Shown: positions 1-7,943 of the stretch, piece after piece
Layout of the letters: each line of letters opens with the position of its first letter
Numbering within the stretch: the first letter of the stretch is position 1
Origin: a virus
Virus record (IMG/VR): IMGVR_UViG_3300049137_000145
Coordinates: 1-64,000 of that record
Direction: 5' to 3' (one strand)
Length of the DNA stretch: 64,000 nt
Made by a program: the position numbers and the translations under genes
Notes under the pieces: model-generated
The model's database searches: none
Seen by the model: the letters and a program-made list of their open reading frames with translations, nothing else
What the model was told of the DNA's origin: nothing

Positions 1-15
1 TTTAATTAATTCATC
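1..15 (+). promoter_or_regulatory. Copy A of the AT-rich dyad promoter/operator motif, truncated by the window edge
   Basis: TTTAATTAATTCATCGGGAC matches the reverse complement of copy D (34142-34160 plus flank). It lies about 110 nt upstream of the CDS at 127. Confidence 0.45.
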
Positions 16-126
16 GGGACGCCGGCTGGGTGGACCGGGCCGCGACCGCCGCGAACAGGCGGGGAAGCCGGCCCAGCCGGCGTCCCGGACAGACCGACCG
101 CAGACCAGGGAGACGAGGAACCGACC

Positions 127-669
127 ATGAGCGAGACGTTCGAGCCTGTGGACTTCCGCGACGTGAACGAGGGCGACCGCGTCCAGTTCACGACCAACGA
201 CAACGGGTTCGGCGGTCGCGGCCAGTACCGCCGCACTGGTTCCGTGGTTCGGACTACCGACAAAACGGTTCGCGTAACGTGTGACGACGGCACTGCCGCC
301 GTTCTGCGCCGCGCCGACTGGAGTGCTCGGGCCGTCGGCAAGTCCGCTCAGAAGACGGGCCCCGAGGGCACCCCGCCGTGGCTCGTGGTCAGCATGGACC
401 AGGGTGTCCTACGAGCTGAACCCACCGCCGCCGCAGCCCTGAACTGGTTCAAGCGACTGCACGGGTGCAACCGTGTCCGTGATCGCAGGCAGTACAGCGA
501 GTACGACTACGCCTGTACGTTGGCCACGGGCGGCGAGTACGCGCCGAGTGCGGGCATCGTTCGGGCCGATCACGTTCGCGCCCATGGTGGAGACCCCAAC
601 CAGACGCCTCTGTATCCGCTCGCCGACTCGCCGTACGAGTACGTCGAACGCTCGGGCGAGGGCGACTGA
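127..669 (+). CDS. hypothetical protein
   Basis: ORF track 127..669. The ATG is preceded by the conserved ACGAGGAACCGACC leader and third codon positions are GC-rich. Confidence 0.6.
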   Translation: MSETFEPVDFRDVNEGDRVQFTTNDNGFGGRGQYRRTGSVVRTTDKTVRVTCDDGTAAVLRRADWSARAVGKSAQKTGPEGTPPWLVVSMDQGVLRAEPTAAAALNWFKRLHGCNRVRDRRQYSEYDYACTLATGGEYAPSAGIVRADHVRAHGGDPNQTPLYPLADSPYEYVERSGEGD

Positions 670-797
670 ACCACCCCGGGCCCCGGCCGCCGCGCCGGGG
701 CCCTGCACCACCTGACCAAGGAATCAAGGAAGCGATCCCCCGCTCCGGCCGTATGATCCGTGCCGGCCGACGGGGCCTCAGGAGAGGACGACCGACC

Positions 798-995
798 GTG
801 ACGAAGCAGGACCGCATCACAGACCCCGGGTTCACCGCCGCCATGGACCAGACCGAGGCGGCGATAGCCGAGCTGCGCAGCCTCGGCGTGCCGATGGACA
901 AGGCCATCGTGGTGGTGCAGCGCGTCTACGGCGCCGGCCGGGACCGGGGCCTGCACCTCGGCCTGCGCATGGCCGACGTCCCGCCGGCGTCCTGA
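798..995 (+). CDS. hypothetical protein
   Basis: Same frame as ORF 753..995. GTG at 798 follows GGAGAGGACGACCGACC, the same leader type used by neighbouring genes. Confidence 0.5.
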   Translation: MTKQDRITDPGFTAAMDQTEAAIAELRSLGVPMDKAIVVVQRVYGAGRDRGLHLGLRMADVPPAS

Positions 996-1022
996 CGACC
1001 GGCCGGAAACTCACCGGGCCCC

Positions 1023-1064
1023 GGGGTTGTGTACCCCAGGGCCCTATGGTTTAATTAAATCAAC
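1023..1064 (+). promoter_or_regulatory. Copy B of the sigma70-like promoter with overlapping dyad operator
   Basis: GGGGTTGTGT, 17-nt spacer, TTTAAT, embedded in ATGGTTTAATTAAATCAAC. It ends 37 nt before the ATG at 1101. Confidence 0.6.
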
Positions 1065-1100
1065 AGGCCGGACGGACCGGCCGGGAACGAGGAACCGACC

Positions 1101-1667
1101 ATGGGCAAGGGCGGCGGCTACAGCAAAGGCCAAACCAAGCCGTACTCCGTCGTACGCGTCTGGAGCGGCGGTAAGCCGTCCCGCTCCGCACACTGGACAC
1201 TAGGCGCCGCCGAGGCCGACATGCTTGACTCGCTGCGCGCCGCGAACGCCCGAGACAGTGAGATCGAGGTCCGGGTCATCGACCGGGCGACGGGCGAGAC
1301 CGTGGTCACACCCCAGCGTTGTGTCGCGTGCCGCGAGCGGTGGGCCACTGAGCCCGGTTCCGCCCGTGGCGCCGAGGCACCCTCGCTCTGCCGCTACTGC
1401 GAGGACGAGTATGTGGACCCGGCGCTGGCCGCCCAGACCGAACCGCTGGTCAACGCTCTCCGGGCGAAGGGGCTGGAGCCCACCACGCAGCCGGACGGCA
1501 TGGTGACCGTAGAGGCGAACGGCATCGACTGGACGATGCAGCCGGTTCCGCACGCGGTCACGGGTGAACCGTGCGGTGTGTGGTCGGCCGTCGGCCCCGC
1601 CGGCCCGCGCGGTCAGTTCGTCGCGCGCAACGCGGCCGAATTCGTCGCCGAGCGGCTGGTCCCGTGA
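1101..1667 (+). CDS. hypothetical protein
   Basis: ORF track. AACGAGGAACCGACC leader directly before the ATG. Confidence 0.6.
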   Translation: MGKGGGYSKGQTKPYSVVRVWSGGKPSRSAHWTLGAAEADMLDSLRAANARDSEIEVRVIDRATGETVVTPQRCVACRERWATEPGSARGAEAPSLCRYCEDEYVDPALAAQTEPLVNALRAKGLEPTTQPDGMVTVEANGIDWTMQPVPHAVTGEPCGVWSAVGPAGPRGQFVARNAAEFVAERLVP

Positions 1668-2470
1668 TGGGAGCCTGGACGACCCGGGACCTGCTCCGCG
1701 CGCAGAAGCGCGGGGCGGTCATCCGGACGGTGTGGGGCGACTCGGTCCGCTGGGATCCCCGCCGGTCGCGCGACCCGGAGCCGTGGGAGGACATCACGGA
1801 CGTCCGCTACGCGGCCCGGCACTGCCGCCCCGAGCACCCCGACGGCACACCCTGGAACGACGACCACGGAAACGAGGAACCGACCATGACCCGGCAGACA
1901 GCCGCTCCGCTGGAGCACACCAGCCTGAACCCCAGCTACCGCGAAGCGTGGGGCCAGGTCCAGAACGTCAAGGACGGGTCCCTGCTGCTGGACCCGCCGT
2001 ACCAGCGCGGCAGCGTGTGGACGCTGGACCAGCGCATCGCGCTCGTGGAGTCCTGGCTGCGCGGCCTGCCCGCCGGCGTCGTCATCCTCTCCAATCGGGG
2101 TACCGGCCTGTGGCATAGCGGCGACCCGTACGAGACGGGCAGAGGCATCTGGGCCGTGGTTGACGGCAAGCAGCGTCTGACCACCGCCATGGCGTGGTTC
2201 GCCGGCGAGTTCGCCGTCCCCGCTTCGTGGATGCCGAACGACTACGTAGCCAAGACCGAGGACACCGACGACGGCCCGTACGTACGCTTCACCGGCCTGA
2301 CCCGGAAGGGCTGCACCTTCGTGAAGCGCCGGTGCGGATTCATGGTCGCCGAGATCAGCGACTGTGCCACCGAGGCCGACGAGGCCCGGTTCTACCTGCT
2401 CGTCAACGGCGGCGGCACGCAGCAGACCGACGCCGACATGGCCAACGCGGCGCGGGTGGCGGAGGGCTGA
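1667..2470 (+). CDS. DUF262 (ParB-like / GmrSD N-terminal type) domain protein with no DUF1524 nuclease half
   Basis: Motifs LDPPYQRGSVW and VVDGKQRLTT (DGQQR-type). The ATG at 1667 overlaps the upstream stop (ATGA). An alternative start at 1886 carries the conserved 18-mer leader. Confidence 0.7.
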   Translation: MGAWTTRDLLRAQKRGAVIRTVWGDSVRWDPRRSRDPEPWEDITDVRYAARHCRPEHPDGTPWNDDHGNEEPTMTRQTAAPLEHTSLNPSYREAWGQVQNVKDGSLLLDPPYQRGSVWTLDQRIALVESWLRGLPAGVVILSNRGTGLWHSGDPYETGRGIWAVVDGKQRLTTAMAWFAGEFAVPASWMPNDYVAKTEDTDDGPYVRFTGLTRKGCTFVKRRCGFMVAEISDCATEADEARFYLLVNGGGTQQTDADMANAARVAEG

Positions 2471-2473
2471 GCA

Positions 2474-2776
2474 GTGGACAAAGCGCAGTGCCCCAACTGC
2501 ACGGACGGAGCCTGCACGGAGTGCGACGGCGAGGGCTGTGAGGAGTGCAGCCACGGCGGTACGTGCCCCGAATGCGACGGCACCGGCCGCCAGGTGTCCA
2601 CCATGGACGACGGCTGGCACTACGGTCCCGACGGGGTCCCGGAGCGGGGCTTCCTGGAGGGCACGGCCTTCCAGCCGGACGACACCCGCGACCACATGGA
2701 CGCATGGGGCTCCGTCCACCCGGACAACCTGAAGGACTGCGCGCAGTGCCGCGCAGAGAACATCCTGAACCTGTGA
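2474..2776 (+). CDS. Cys-rich protein with DnaJ-type CxxCxGxG-like zinc-finger repeats
   Basis: N-terminus reads CPNCTDGACTECDGEGCEECSHGGTCPECDGTG. GTG start lies 4 nt after the upstream stop. Confidence 0.6.
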   Translation: MDKAQCPNCTDGACTECDGEGCEECSHGGTCPECDGTGRQVSTMDDGWHYGPDGVPERGFLEGTAFQPDDTRDHMDAWGSVHPDNLKDCAQCRAENILNL

Positions 2777-2815
2777 GCACGACGGCCGGCCGGAAGCCGT
2801 AATCCCGGCCAACGA

Positions 2816-2915
2816 GGGCCTGTAGCTCAGTCAGGCAGAGCACCCGTGGAGCGCGAGCCTTGGTCGGTTCCCACGCGCTCCGGGAGACTCCGGTTCGAGT
2901 CCGGACGGCCCACCA
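2816..2915 (+). tRNA. tRNA-like element: canonical D and T arms and an encoded ACCA end, with the anticodon loop replaced by a 33-nt hairpin insertion
   Basis: GGGCCTG-TA-GCTCAGTCAGGCAGAGC-A at the 5' end. TCCGG-TTCGAGT-CCGGA T arm, then CGGCCC-ACCA. There are 47 nt between the D and T arms instead of about 22. Only 5 of 7 acceptor pairs form. Confidence 0.4.
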
Positions 2916-2950
2916 CGACAGACCGCCGACGACCACGAAAACGAGGAGAC

Positions 2951-3451
2951 ATGACCAATCGCCCGCCCGTCCCGGAGGGATGGGAGTTCCGCCTGTCCCA
3001 CGACCGGCGCCTGTTCGCGTTCTACGACCCCGGGAACGGGCCGTGGTTCGTGCCCGAACCAGCGATGCGTGGTCGCTTTGTCGACAGCGCAGACATGGAC
3101 CGTCTGAACTGGGACCGGTACGTACCGGTCCCCGACGCGGACGAGGCGTCCATCACCCTGACCCCGTGCACGCACCTCCAGTCGCTGCACGAGACGGAGC
3201 ACGCGGGACTGATCGTGGAGGGGTGCCCGTGGTGCGCCGGCCGCGAGCGGCAGGGGGTGCCCGGCCATGCCAAGCCGCTTGTCCGTGTGACATCGACCGG
3301 AGTCCGGCCGGGGCTGACCGACGCCGAGCGTGCGATGCTGCGCCACGCGCTGGAGTTGGCAGAGGACGAGATGGCGTCCAAGGGCGGCGAGTTCACCGAC
3401 GACGACCGCGCGGCCGTGACATCGCTCAAGCGCATTGCCGGGAAGGAATGA
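2951..3451 (+). CDS. hypothetical protein
   Basis: In frame with ORF 2846..3451. ATG at 2951 follows AAAACGAGGAGAC. The upstream part of that ORF overlaps the tRNA-like element. Confidence 0.6.
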   Translation: MTNRPPVPEGWEFRLSHDRRLFAFYDPGNGPWFVPEPAMRGRFVDSADMDRLNWDRYVPVPDADEASITLTPCTHLQSLHETEHAGLIVEGCPWCAGRERQGVPGHAKPLVRVTSTGVRPGLTDAERAMLRHALELAEDEMASKGGEFTDDDRAAVTSLKRIAGKE

Positions 3452-3475
3452 CTGCCGCCACCGGAGGGACACTCC

Positions 3476-4471
3476 GTGAGCACGCCGATCATCCGAAGGA
3501 CGACCATGACCGATCAGACCACACCCGCCCCGATCCGCAAGAGCGAGTTGCCCACCACGCCGCCGCCCGCGTGGGAGTTCCACACGTGGTTTCCGCTGCC
3601 GGGCGGGGGCGGCGACCTCGTGCCCGGCCAGCTCTCCCGAGGCGTACAGATCCGCCGCCTCGTGACCTACGGCGATTGGGAGCCCGTGCGACCGGGACGG
3701 TGGGCGGAGGAGCCGCCGTCGAATGCCGCCGCCCCGGACGACCAGACCGCCCTCCGCGACCGCATCGCCGCCGCCATCTGGGAACGGCAGAACCCCGGCC
3801 GCCGGTGGGCCGACTGCGAGTACCGGTGGCGGGCGGACGCCGAGGCCGACGCCGACGCGGTCCTGGCCGTGCTGCCCGCGCCCACCGACCGGGCTGGCGA
3901 TGAAGTGGACCACGCGCAGTACGAGCAGTGGCTGAAGGCCGCCGAAAGTGCGCGCGATGAGGCGCGGTTGCAGTTGGCCCGGGTGCGCGCCGAACGCGAT
4001 TACGCGCGCGGCCGGTTGACAGATGCGGCCATTGAAGTGGTCGAGCGCTGCCCCGACCACGGTGACGGCGAGGGAGCCTGGCTGGTCTGCCACTGCGAGA
4101 TCGCCGACCGGCTGCGCCGCCTGGCCGACGAGACACAGCCCACCGAGTCGGTGCGCACGCCGTGCAGCGTCCCCGAGTGCGACGTCGACGGCACCGGCGA
4201 GCCCTGCACCCGGCACGAGCGCGAGGACTCTCACGCCGAGGGCAACCACGAGCTGTGCGGCCGTGAGTGCCCGGCCGCCGCGCGGCAGGACGGGCCGGTC
4301 GTTACCGTGCACGCCGCGCCTGACCTCAGCCCCGAGGCGACCGAGGCCCTCGGTGCGCTGGTCGACGTGGCTAAGCAACAGATCCAGTGCGATTTCCCCC
4401 ACCCGCACCCCGAGCACCCGTGCGGGCGACGTACCACCGCCGGGGCGCGGCAGGACGGGGCGCCGTCGTGA
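3476..4471 (+). CDS. hypothetical protein with a Cys/His-rich C-terminal half
   Basis: ORF track. GGAGGG Shine-Dalgarno sequence 8 nt before the GTG start. Confidence 0.6.
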   Translation: MSTPIIRRTTMTDQTTPAPIRKSELPTTPPPAWEFHTWFPLPGGGGDLVPGQLSRGVQIRRLVTYGDWEPVRPGRWAEEPPSNAAAPDDQTALRDRIAAAIWERQNPGRRWADCEYRWRADAEADADAVLAVLPAPTDRAGDEVDHAQYEQWLKAAESARDEARLQLARVRAERDYARGRLTDAAIEVVERCPDHGDGEGAWLVCHCEIADRLRRLADETQPTESVRTPCSVPECDVDGTGEPCTRHEREDSHAEGNHELCGRECPAAARQDGPVVTVHAAPDLSPEATEALGALVDVAKQQIQCDFPHPHPEHPCGRRTTAGARQDGAPS

Positions 4472-4895
4472 CCGCCACCCCCATCGGCGTTGAGGTCTCC
4501 TGCGATGGCCCCGACGAGCAGACCGATTGTCCCCAGAGCGCAGCGGTCCGTGCCAGCTTCGAGTCGAGGACCGCTCGGCAGGTACGCGCTGACGGGCGCG
4601 CAGTCGGGGCACACGGCGCGTCCCCGGCTGCCTCCGCGATGTGTGCCCCGACTGCGCCGCTGCGCGGCAGGGCAGGCCGCTGTCGTGACCCGCGCCCGCT
4701 GCCCGCGCGGCCACTGGTTCCCCTCCACCGGCCCCCGTCGCTGTACAGTGCCCGGCGCGTTCTTGATCACCTTGCGGGTGCCCGCCTACTGAAAACCCTT
4801 GTCACTTTCGAGGCGCCCCGAATTCGACTCCGCTGTGGGGCGGTCCGTGCACCATCTGCGGTACGTCCTGTTGACCAAGGAAGAGAGGAAGCATC

Positions 4896-5117
4896 ATGCC
4901 CGAGACCCGTCTCATCTGCCTGGACGAGGGGCACGCGCAGGCCGTCATCGAGGAGGCCACTCGGCCCGGCGACACGGTCCATACGGTTCGCCGTGAGGGT
5001 CCGGTCGTCGTCATCGGCTACTACGACAAGCGGTGGCCGCTGGACGTCGCCGACTGGGCCGGCGAGCACGGCCACTGCACCGACCACAACGCAGCTCGCG
5101 TCATCGCGGGGCTCTGA
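4896..5117 (+). CDS. hypothetical protein
   Basis: ORF track. Leader reads GACCAAGGAAGAGAGGAAGCATC before the ATG. Confidence 0.6.
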   Translation: MPETRLICLDEGHAQAVIEEATRPGDTVHTVRREGPVVVIGYYDKRWPLDVADWAGEHGHCTDHNAARVIAGL

Positions 5118-5132
5118 ACAGAGAGGCGAACC

Positions 5133-5288
5133 ATGGACGGCGTGGAACGAGGAAGCTGCGCCCCGGACGGCTGTGGATCGTGCGCACGGCCGTGCTTCAA
5201 ACAACCAGCCACCTGCCCGCAGCACCCGAGGGGCTGTGAGCCCGACGATCACGTGGAGCCGCCGACTGTGGCGGGCGAAGTCATCTGA
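5133..5288 (+). CDS. small Cys-rich protein (51 aa), below the ORF-track size cutoff
   Basis: My own translation: MDGVERGSCAPDGCGSCARPCFKQPATCPQHPRGCEPDDHVEPPTVAGEVI. GAGAGG lies 6 nt upstream of the ATG. Confidence 0.4.
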   Translation: MDGVERGSCAPDGCGSCARPCFKQPATCPQHPRGCEPDDHVEPPTVAGEVI

Positions 5289-5301
5289 CCCCGCACAGAC
5301 C

Positions 5302-5334
5302 GAAGCCCCGGAGTCGTCCTCGGCCCGGGGCTTC
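5302..5334. terminator. bidirectional hairpin between convergent genes
   Basis: GAAGCCCCGG, loop, CCGGGGCTTC. The same stem sequence recurs at 37597, 41092 and 52574. Confidence 0.6.
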
Positions 5335-5343
5335 GTCATGCCG

Positions 5344-6189
5344 TCATCTCGTCAAGCGTTCGATCTTTCCGGCGAGGTCGGCGACCTGCGCGGCCAGGAT
5401 CTTGCCCTGCTCGGGGTCGGCGGCCAGAGCATCGGGGATCACCCGTCCACGCAGCGCGCGATGGGCGCCGCGCAGCGCGGCCAGTCCCTGCTCCACCCGT
5501 ACGAGGGCGCGGGCCTGTTCGGGAGTGTGCTCCGTCGGCGGGTCCGCTCCGTCGTCATCAGCCGGCCCCTGCTCGGGGATGTAGCCGAGGCGCCGACCGT
5601 GCTCCGTGATGGTCTTCGCGGTGACCTTCTCCCCGGCCGTTCGGATGGCGGCGACGATCTCCTTCACCGCCACTTCCCCGTGGCTCTCCAGAGCGGGAAG
5701 GGCCGCGCGGGCCTGCGACTCCACCGGAGCCGTGTCGAAAATTTTCGACATGACCAGCATGGCCGGGGCAGCGTCGATGAGCTGATACGCGCGGGTGCGG
5801 TCCATGTCCCACCGGGCGCTGATGTAGTCCTCGAACGTTGTGTGCGTGACTTTGTAGAGGCCGCCGTCCTGGTCCCGGATTGCGCGCAGAGCCGTCCCGG
5901 CCTCCACGACGAACCGGGCGCGGGCCGCCTTGAGCGTCGTCCCTGCGGTCTCCTTCGCCCGGTCGATGGCTGCTTCGTACGCGGCCAGCTTCTCCTCGTC
6001 GGTACCGGTGACCGTGGCCGGGTCGATGGGCTGCGGGGTGAACGGGTCCGGCGGGGCCGGTGCGACGACTTCCTTGGACTGTGCTGCGGCATCGTCGTCC
6101 GGCTTCTCGGCGCCGGCGTGCCGGGCGCGCAGAACGTCGGACAGGCCGGACGCGCGGCCGGGCGCGGGGAGCGCCTTCGTCCGGCTCAT
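5344..6189 (-). CDS. ParB/KorB-like DNA-binding partner of ParA
   Basis: The ATG overlaps the parA stop (ATGA). It has an HTH-like segment, FEDYISARWDMDRTRAYQLIDAA, and sits immediately downstream of parA. Confidence 0.55.
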   Translation of the reverse strand: MSRTKALPAPGRASGLSDVLRARHAGAEKPDDDAAAQSKEVVAPAPPDPFTPQPIDPATVTGTDEEKLAAYEAAIDRAKETAGTTLKAARARFVVEAGTALRAIRDQDGGLYKVTHTTFEDYISARWDMDRTRAYQLIDAAPAMLVMSKIFDTAPVESQARAALPALESHGEVAVKEIVAAIRTAGEKVTAKTITEHGRRLGYIPEQGPADDDGADPPTEHTPEQARALVRVEQGLAALRGAHRALRGRVIPDALAADPEQGKILAAQVADLAGKIERLTR

Positions 6190-6983
6190 CGGTCGATCAC
6201 CTTGGCCAGCGTCCGGTACGCCTCGGCGTGCTCGGAGTCCGGCGCGTAGTCGGTGGGCGTCCGGCCGTAGCGCCACGCCTCGGTGATGACGACCCCGAGC
6301 GGGACTGTGGCGAGGATGGGCAGGCCGTCCAGGCTGGCGAACTCATCCAGCACGGACCGTGCGAGGAGACTTGCCGGCCGGCGCAGCCGGTTGACGACCA
6401 GGCCGTGCAGCTCCAGGGGCTTGTCCCTCAGATCCGCGTCCACCGACGCGATCTGGGGCAGCAGCAGCTCCAGTGCCTTGAGGCTGGAGTCCTCGGCCTC
6501 CACAGGGATGAGTACGCCGTCGGCGGCCGTCAGCGCGTTGTCGGTGAGGATGTCCAGGGACGGCGGGGCGTCGATGAGCACGTGGTCCCAGACACCGCGT
6601 GCAGCGGCCAGCATCTTGGCCAGTCGCTGCTCTCGGGCCTTGACCTTGTCGACGTCGCGCACTGCCATGAACATCTCGAACGCGTTGGGGATGACGTCGA
6701 TCCGGCCGTAGGGTGCCGGCTCGGAGTGCGTGGCCGCCAGGTCGGCGACGGGCCCGGTGTACTCCCCGAGGAGCGCGCGGTAGAGGTTCGGTGCACCGGC
6801 GCCCGACGGGGCCTGCGGGACCTTCAGTCCGTCGGTGAGGTGGCCCTGCGGGTCCAGGTCGACCACGAGGACGTGGCGGCCGGCCTCGGCCAGCGCCCCG
6901 GCGACGCCGATGGTCGTAGCCGTTTTGCCGACGCCGCCCTTCTGGTTCGTGACGGCGGTGATGCGCGTGGTGGTTGCGTCCAT
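6186..6983 (-). CDS. parA: ParA/Soj-family partition ATPase
   Basis: Deviant Walker A, KGGVGKTATT, followed by VVDLDPQG. Confidence 0.9.
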   Translation of the reverse strand: MDATTTRITAVTNQKGGVGKTATTIGVAGALAEAGRHVLVVDLDPQGHLTDGLKVPQAPSGAGAPNLYRALLGEYTGPVADLAATHSEPAPYGRIDVIPNAFEMFMAVRDVDKVKAREQRLAKMLAAARGVWDHVLIDAPPSLDILTDNALTAADGVLIPVEAEDSSLKALELLLPQIASVDADLRDKPLELHGLVVNRLRRPASLLARSVLDEFASLDGLPILATVPLGVVITEAWRYGRTPTDYAPDSEHAEAYRTLAKVIDR

Positions 6984-7017
6984 GACGCGGGAGCCTATCC
7001 GGCGTCCGGTGCGTACA

Positions 7018-7062
7018 GGGGTATTGCCCCGATCTGAGGGACTATGATTTAATCAAATCACC
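7018..7062 (+). promoter_or_regulatory. Copy C of the promoter/operator motif, in the parA-divergent intergenic region
   Basis: GGGGTATTGCC ... ATGATTTAATCAAATCACC. The arms ATGATTT and AAATCA are palindromic. It ends 21 nt before the ATG at 7084. Confidence 0.55.
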
Positions 7063-7083
7063 TGTTACCTGAAAGGCTCTCTC

Positions 7084-7344
7084 ATGACCGAATCACTGGC
7101 CGCACGCACTACGGCCAACCAGGTCGCTCGCGGTAAGGCAGCTCTCGCGCGCGACGCGGAGGACATCTCTGCCGCACTTGCCCGGTTCGCCAAAGACGTT
7201 GAGACGGGGCTGGACACGGGCGCAGCTCAGCGTATCGCTCAGGACGTCCAGCAGTTTCTCCTCAGTGCATCGCGCATCGCGGCGGTGCGTGAGACTGCCG
7301 CGCTCTACGACGCCGAAACGGAGGCATCCGCTGGACAGAGCTGA
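7084..7344 (+). CDS. hypothetical protein
   Basis: ORF track. First gene after promoter copy C. Confidence 0.55.
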   Translation: MTESLAARTTANQVARGKAALARDAEDISAALARFAKDVETGLDTGAAQRIAQDVQQFLLSASRIAAVRETAALYDAETEASAGQS

Positions 7345-7375
7345 CCCGGAGACGACTGACCAGGGAAGGCACTAC

Positions 7376-7810
7376 ATGAACGCACTCGAGATACCCAGCA
7401 CGGCCCGAGGAACGGTCCTGCGGTTCGACCCGGGCCGTGACGGTTCGCTGACTATGACCGTGCAGCATCCGACCTCCGGGGTGCACAACAGCGTCGTCCT
7501 GCGGCCGGACTGGCTGCTGCCACTGGCCGCATGGTTCGCCGGCGAAGCGCAACCAGCCGCGCTCGGGGACCTCCCCGGAACGCTGTACGGGCGACGTCTG
7601 GACATCGCGGGCGATGAGTACGCTGTGCTCTGGTCCACTCACACCTGGGCCCGGCTGGACTGCGTGCGTCCGTTCGGCATTGCCCGAGTGCAGGCCGGCC
7701 CTCGCGGCAGGGCTTACGGGTCGGCCGTATTTCTCACCCCAAGGGCGCGGACGGACGCGGCGGTGTGGCTGCGGCGTATGGGTGCCGGTCAGCGGGAATT
7801 CACACCCTGA
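7376..7810 (+). CDS. hypothetical protein
   Basis: In frame with ORF 7178..7810. ATG at 7376 follows GGGAAGG. Confidence 0.55.
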   Translation: MNALEIPSTARGTVLRFDPGRDGSLTMTVQHPTSGVHNSVVLRPDWLLPLAAWFAGEAQPAALGDLPGTLYGRRLDIAGDEYAVLWSTHTWARLDCVRPFGIARVQAGPRGRAYGSAVFLTPRARTDAAVWLRRMGAGQREFTP

Positions 7811-7943
7811 CCGTCCGGTCAGGAGTACCGGGCCTCGGACTCTGGCGGTTCCCCCACCCGCCGGCGTTCCGGCCCACCCGCCATCCGCGTGTTCCGGGGT
7901 GGCGGTTGGCACGGCAGACCAAGGAAACAAGGGGAGGCCCCAC

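Noticed and set aside
4790-4870. A TTCGACTCC string and a CGCCCC/GGGGCG hairpin that looked like a tRNA T arm.
   Set aside because: No complementary T stem, D arm or acceptor stem can be drawn. It is more likely leader or promoter sequence for the gene at 4896.
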